Positions 29,420-32,000 of a stretch of 32,000 nt of DNA are shown piece by piece. Under the pieces are notes generated by a model. That model searched no databases. It was not told where the DNA came from and worked only from the letters and a program-made list of their open reading frames with translations. The stretch comes from Dickeya dadantii NCPPB 898. GTDB lineage: Bacteria; Pseudomonadota; Gammaproteobacteria; Enterobacterales; Enterobacteriaceae. The DNA is taken from positions 2,501,067 to 2,533,066 of the forward strand of contig NZ_CM001976.1 of NCBI RefSeq assembly GCF_000406145.1, given 5' to 3'. Position 1 is the first letter of the stretch. Each line of letters opens with the position of its first letter. The translations under genes were made by a program, and so were the position numbers.

Positions 29420-29447
29420 ATTTATTTCTTCGACCCCTAAAATAAAT
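29420..29447. promoter_or_regulatory. AT-rich inverted repeat upstream of manX; candidate Mlc/NagC-type operator.
   Basis: ATTTATTT (29420-29427) and AAATAAAT (29440-29447) are perfect inverted arms around a 12-nt GC-containing spacer. The T-rich-left, A-rich-right layout resembles the TTATTT..AAATAA operators of Mlc/NagC, which repress manXYZ in E. coli, but the spacing is 1 nt wider than the 23-bp consensus as I recall it. Confidence 0.3.
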
Positions 29448-29647
29448 CCTGCGATATCAGGCTGGCCTGAATCGATTCATAACCCGGCATGATGAGTGTC
29501 GTAAACGCTTTTTGTGCCATCTATCGGGCAAGAAACGGTATTACAGCCATACTGAATATCGCTCACGGATAAACGTGACTAATTTATCCAGATTATCAGA
29601 CAGATTTCACTCTCAACAAAACAGTGATTCATGAAAGGAGGGAGCAA

Positions 29648-30604
29648 GTGAGTATTGCCATCATGCTATGCACTCACGGCGCCACTGCCGGTCCGCTGCT
29701 AAATACAGCTGAAATGATTCTTGGTGAACAGAGTAACGTTGGCTGGATTGATTTTGTTCCCGGCGAAAACGCCGAGATCCTGATGGAAAAATATCAGGCG
29801 AAGCTGGCCGAACTGGACACCTCGGAAGGTGTGTTTTTTCTGGTGGACACCTGGGGAGGTAGCCCGTTTAACGCCGCCAGTCGTTTGGTGAATGACAAGA
29901 AAAATCATGAAGTGGTCGCCGGGGTCAATATTCCAATGCTGGTCGAGACGTTTATGGCCCGCGATGACAACCCTGAATTTGGTGAACTGGTGGCGATCGC
30001 GGTGGAGGCCGGTCGCGCTGGCGTCAAAGCGCTGAAGGCGCCCGACCCCGAGAAAGCGCCCCGTCCCGCGCCCGTCAGCGCCAAACCGGCAGCCGCGCCG
30101 GGAGCCGGCGGACACATGAAGATCGGGCTGGCGCGTATCGACGACCGTCTGATCCACGGGCAGGTCGCCACCCGCTGGACCAAGGAAACCAACGTCAACC
30201 GGATTATTGTAGTCAGTGACGAAGTGGCGGCGGACAACGTGCGAAAAACCCTGCTGACGCAGGTGGCCCCGCCCGGTGTCTCGGCCCACGTGGTCGACGT
30301 CGCCAAGGCGGTCAGGGTTTACAACAACGCCAAATACGCCTCCGACCGCGTCATGTTGCTGTTCACCAACCCGACCGACGTGCTGCGGCTGGTGGAGGAT
30401 GACGTCAAGATTACCTCGGTCAACATCGGCGGCATGGCCTATCGTCAGGGCAAAACCCAGGTCAATAACGCCGTTTCGATTGACGATAAGGATATCGCGG
30501 CGTTCAACAAGCTCCATGAGCGCGGTATTGAACTGGAAGTCCGCAAAGTGTCGACAGATACCAAAATTAATATGATGGATTTGATCACCAAGGTGGCGCG
30601 TTAA
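29648..30604 (+). CDS. manX: Mannose PTS enzyme IIAB
   Basis: (M)SIAIMLCTHGATAGPLLNTAEMILGEQSNVGWIDFVPGENAE...VDTWGGSPFNAASR...IGLARIDDRLIHGQVATRWTKETNV.RIIVVSDEVAAD is colinear with E. coli ManX (MTIAIVIGTHG...). The GTG at 29648 follows AAAGGAGGG. The ORF-track start at 29624 adds 8 unmatched residues. Confidence 0.95.
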   Translation: MSIAIMLCTHGATAGPLLNTAEMILGEQSNVGWIDFVPGENAEILMEKYQAKLAELDTSEGVFFLVDTWGGSPFNAASRLVNDKKNHEVVAGVNIPMLVETFMARDDNPEFGELVAIAVEAGRAGVKALKAPDPEKAPRPAPVSAKPAAAPGAGGHMKIGLARIDDRLIHGQVATRWTKETNVNRIIVVSDEVAADNVRKTLLTQVAPPGVSAHVVDVAKAVRVYNNAKYASDRVMLLFTNPTDVLRLVEDDVKITSVNIGGMAYRQGKTQVNNAVSIDDKDIAAFNKLHERGIELEVRKVSTDTKINMMDLITKVAR

Positions 30605-30672
30605 CACGTCCGGAACAACGGACTGTGTAACGACGTTATTTTTCGGACCACTATTCTCACAGGAGAAGTACC

Positions 30673-31470
30673 ATGGAGATCACCACGCTTCAAATCGTGC
30701 TGATATTTATCGTGGCCTGTATTTCAGGTATGGGTTCTATTCTCGACGAATTCCAGTTTCACCGGCCGCTGGTGGCTTGTACCCTGATCGGGCTGGTGCT
30801 GGGCGACATGAAAACCGGGATCATTATCGGCGGTACGCTGGAAATGATCGCGTTGGGCTGGATGAACATCGGGGCCGCCGTTGCGCCTGATGCGGCGCTG
30901 GCCTCCATTATTTCCACCATTCTGGTCATCGCCGGCGGGCAAAGCGTCGGCGCAGGGATTGCGCTGGCGATTCCGCTGGCGGCCGCAGGCCAGGTACTGA
31001 CCATTATTGTGCGCACCATCACCGTCGCCTTCCAGCATGCCGCCGACAGCGCGGCCGAGCGCGGCAATCTTTCCGCCATCAGTTGGATTCACGTTTCCGC
31101 TCTGCTATTGCAGGCTATGCGCATCGCCATTCCGGCGGTGATCGTCGCTATCTCGGTCGGGACTGAAGCGGTGCACGGCCTGCTCTCTTCCATCCCCGAT
31201 GTGGTCACTACCGGTCTGAACATCGCCGGCGGCATGATCGTGGTCGTCGGTTATGCCATGGTCATCAACATGATGCGGGCCGGCTATCTGATGCCGTTCT
31301 TCTATCTGGGGTTCGTTACCGCCGCCTTCACCAACTTCAATCTGGTGGCGCTGGGCGTTATCGGCGTCGTCATGGCGGTGCTGTATATCCAGCTCAGCCC
31401 CAAATACAACAAAGCTCAGGGTGTGGCGGCCGCATCGTCAAACAACGATCTTGATAACGAACTGGATTAA
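30673..31470 (+). CDS. manY: Mannose PTS enzyme IIC
   Basis: MEITTLQIVLIFIVACISGMGSILDEFQFHRPLVACTLIGLVLGDMKTGIIIGGTLEMIALGWMNIGAAVAPDAALASIISTILVIAG is nearly identical to E. coli ManY. Confidence 0.97.
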   Translation: MEITTLQIVLIFIVACISGMGSILDEFQFHRPLVACTLIGLVLGDMKTGIIIGGTLEMIALGWMNIGAAVAPDAALASIISTILVIAGGQSVGAGIALAIPLAAAGQVLTIIVRTITVAFQHAADSAAERGNLSAISWIHVSALLLQAMRIAIPAVIVAISVGTEAVHGLLSSIPDVVTTGLNIAGGMIVVVGYAMVINMMRAGYLMPFFYLGFVTAAFTNFNLVALGVIGVVMAVLYIQLSPKYNKAQGVAAASSNNDLDNELD

Positions 31471-31484
31471 CAGGAGAGCAAGAA

Positions 31485-32000
31485 ATGGTGGATACGACAA
31501 AGAAACTGACTCCCAGCGATATTCGCGCCGTATTTCTGCGTTCTAACCTGTTCCAGGGGTCGTGGAATTTCGAACGCATGCAGGCACTGGGGTTTTGCTT
31601 TTCCATGGTACCGGTGATCCGTCGCCTTTACCCGGAGAATTCGGAAGAGCGTAAGCAGGCCATCAAACGTCATCTGGAATTTTTCAATACCCAGCCTTTC
31701 GTCGCCGCGCCGGTATTGGGCGTGACCATGGCGATGGAAGAACAGCGCGCCAACGGCGCACCGATTGATGACGGGGCGATCAACGGCCTGAAAGTCGGGC
31801 TGATGGGGCCGCTGGCCGGCGTTGGCGACCCGATATTCTGGGGAACCGCGCGTCCGGTCTTCGCCGCGCTCGGCGCCGGTATCGCCATGAGCGGCAGCCT
31901 GCTCGGGCCGCTCCTGTTTTTCATACTGTTTAATCTGGTGCGCCTGCTGGTGCGTTATTACGGCGTCGCCTATGGCTACCGCAAAGGTGCGGATATCGTA
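31485..32000 (+). CDS. manZ: Mannose PTS enzyme IID (5' part; truncated by the window end).
   Basis: This has no entry in the ORF track. Starting from the ATG at 31485, 8 nt after AGGAGAG, my own translation gives MVDTTKKLTPSDIRAVFLRSNLFQGSWNFERMQALGFCFSMVPVIRRLYPENSEERKQAIKRHLEFFNTQPFVAAPVLGVTMAMEEQRANGAPIDDGAINGLKVGLMGPLAGVGDPIFWG. This matches E. coli ManZ. Confidence 0.93.
   Translation, partial: MVDTTKKLTPSDIRAVFLRSNLFQGSWNFERMQALGFCFSMVPVIRRLYPENSEERKQAIKRHLEFFNTQPFVAAPVLGVTMAMEEQRANGAPIDDGAINGLKVGLMGPLAGVGDPIFWGTARPVFAALGAGIAMSGSLLGPLLFFILFNLVRLLVRYYGVAYGYRKGADIV

Noticed and set aside
29246-29440. A 64-aa plus-strand ORF in the yoaE-manX intergenic region.
   Set aside because: It has no SD or motif and it overlaps the presumed divergent promoter/operator region, including the palindrome at 29420-29447. 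It is likely spurious.

Overview
The window reads as chromosomal DNA from a fairly GC-rich member of the Enterobacterales. A Dickeya/Brenneria-like Pectobacteriaceae origin is my guess from gene content and composition only, with no search behind it.

About 28 kb (4.7-32 kb) is conserved housekeeping sequence. I recognised the genes by aligning the supplied translations from memory against E. coli K-12 proteins. The order is dadA, ycgB, fadR, an nhaB relic, dsbB, ycgN, ycgM, ycgL, minCDE, rnd, fadD, yeaY(slp family), tsaB, yoaA, yoaB, yoaH, pabB, nudL, sdaA, a methyl-accepting chemotaxis protein (MCP), yoaE, manXYZ. manZ has no ORF-track entry (it is cut by the window end) and runs off the 3' end. 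From homology I moved several ORF-track starts: dadA, ycgB, ycgN, minC, rnd (TTG), fadD (TTG), yeaY, yoaA (GTG), yoaH and manX (GTG).

Clearly accessory or unusual parts:
- **1-4084, minus strand:** the 5' 4 kb of a very GC-rich two-partner-secretion exoprotein gene (filamentous haemagglutinin/HecA/CdiA-like). It has an intact TPS domain but is split into at least six frame segments. No TpsB transporter gene lies upstream, and an AT-rich 0.6 kb spacer separates it from dadA.
- **~8858-9510:** a decayed, 3'-truncated nhaB relic between fadR and dsbB that the ORF track does not reveal.
- **25591-27171:** an MCP at the position where E. coli carries yoaD.
- Several short tandem repeats and palindromes in intergenic regions.

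I found no rRNA, tRNA, CRISPR array, transposase or integrase, and no complete novel multi-gene system inside the window. The best lead is the haemagglutinin locus, but its 3' end (toxin, immunity or transporter genes, if any) lies beyond position 1 and cannot be assessed here.
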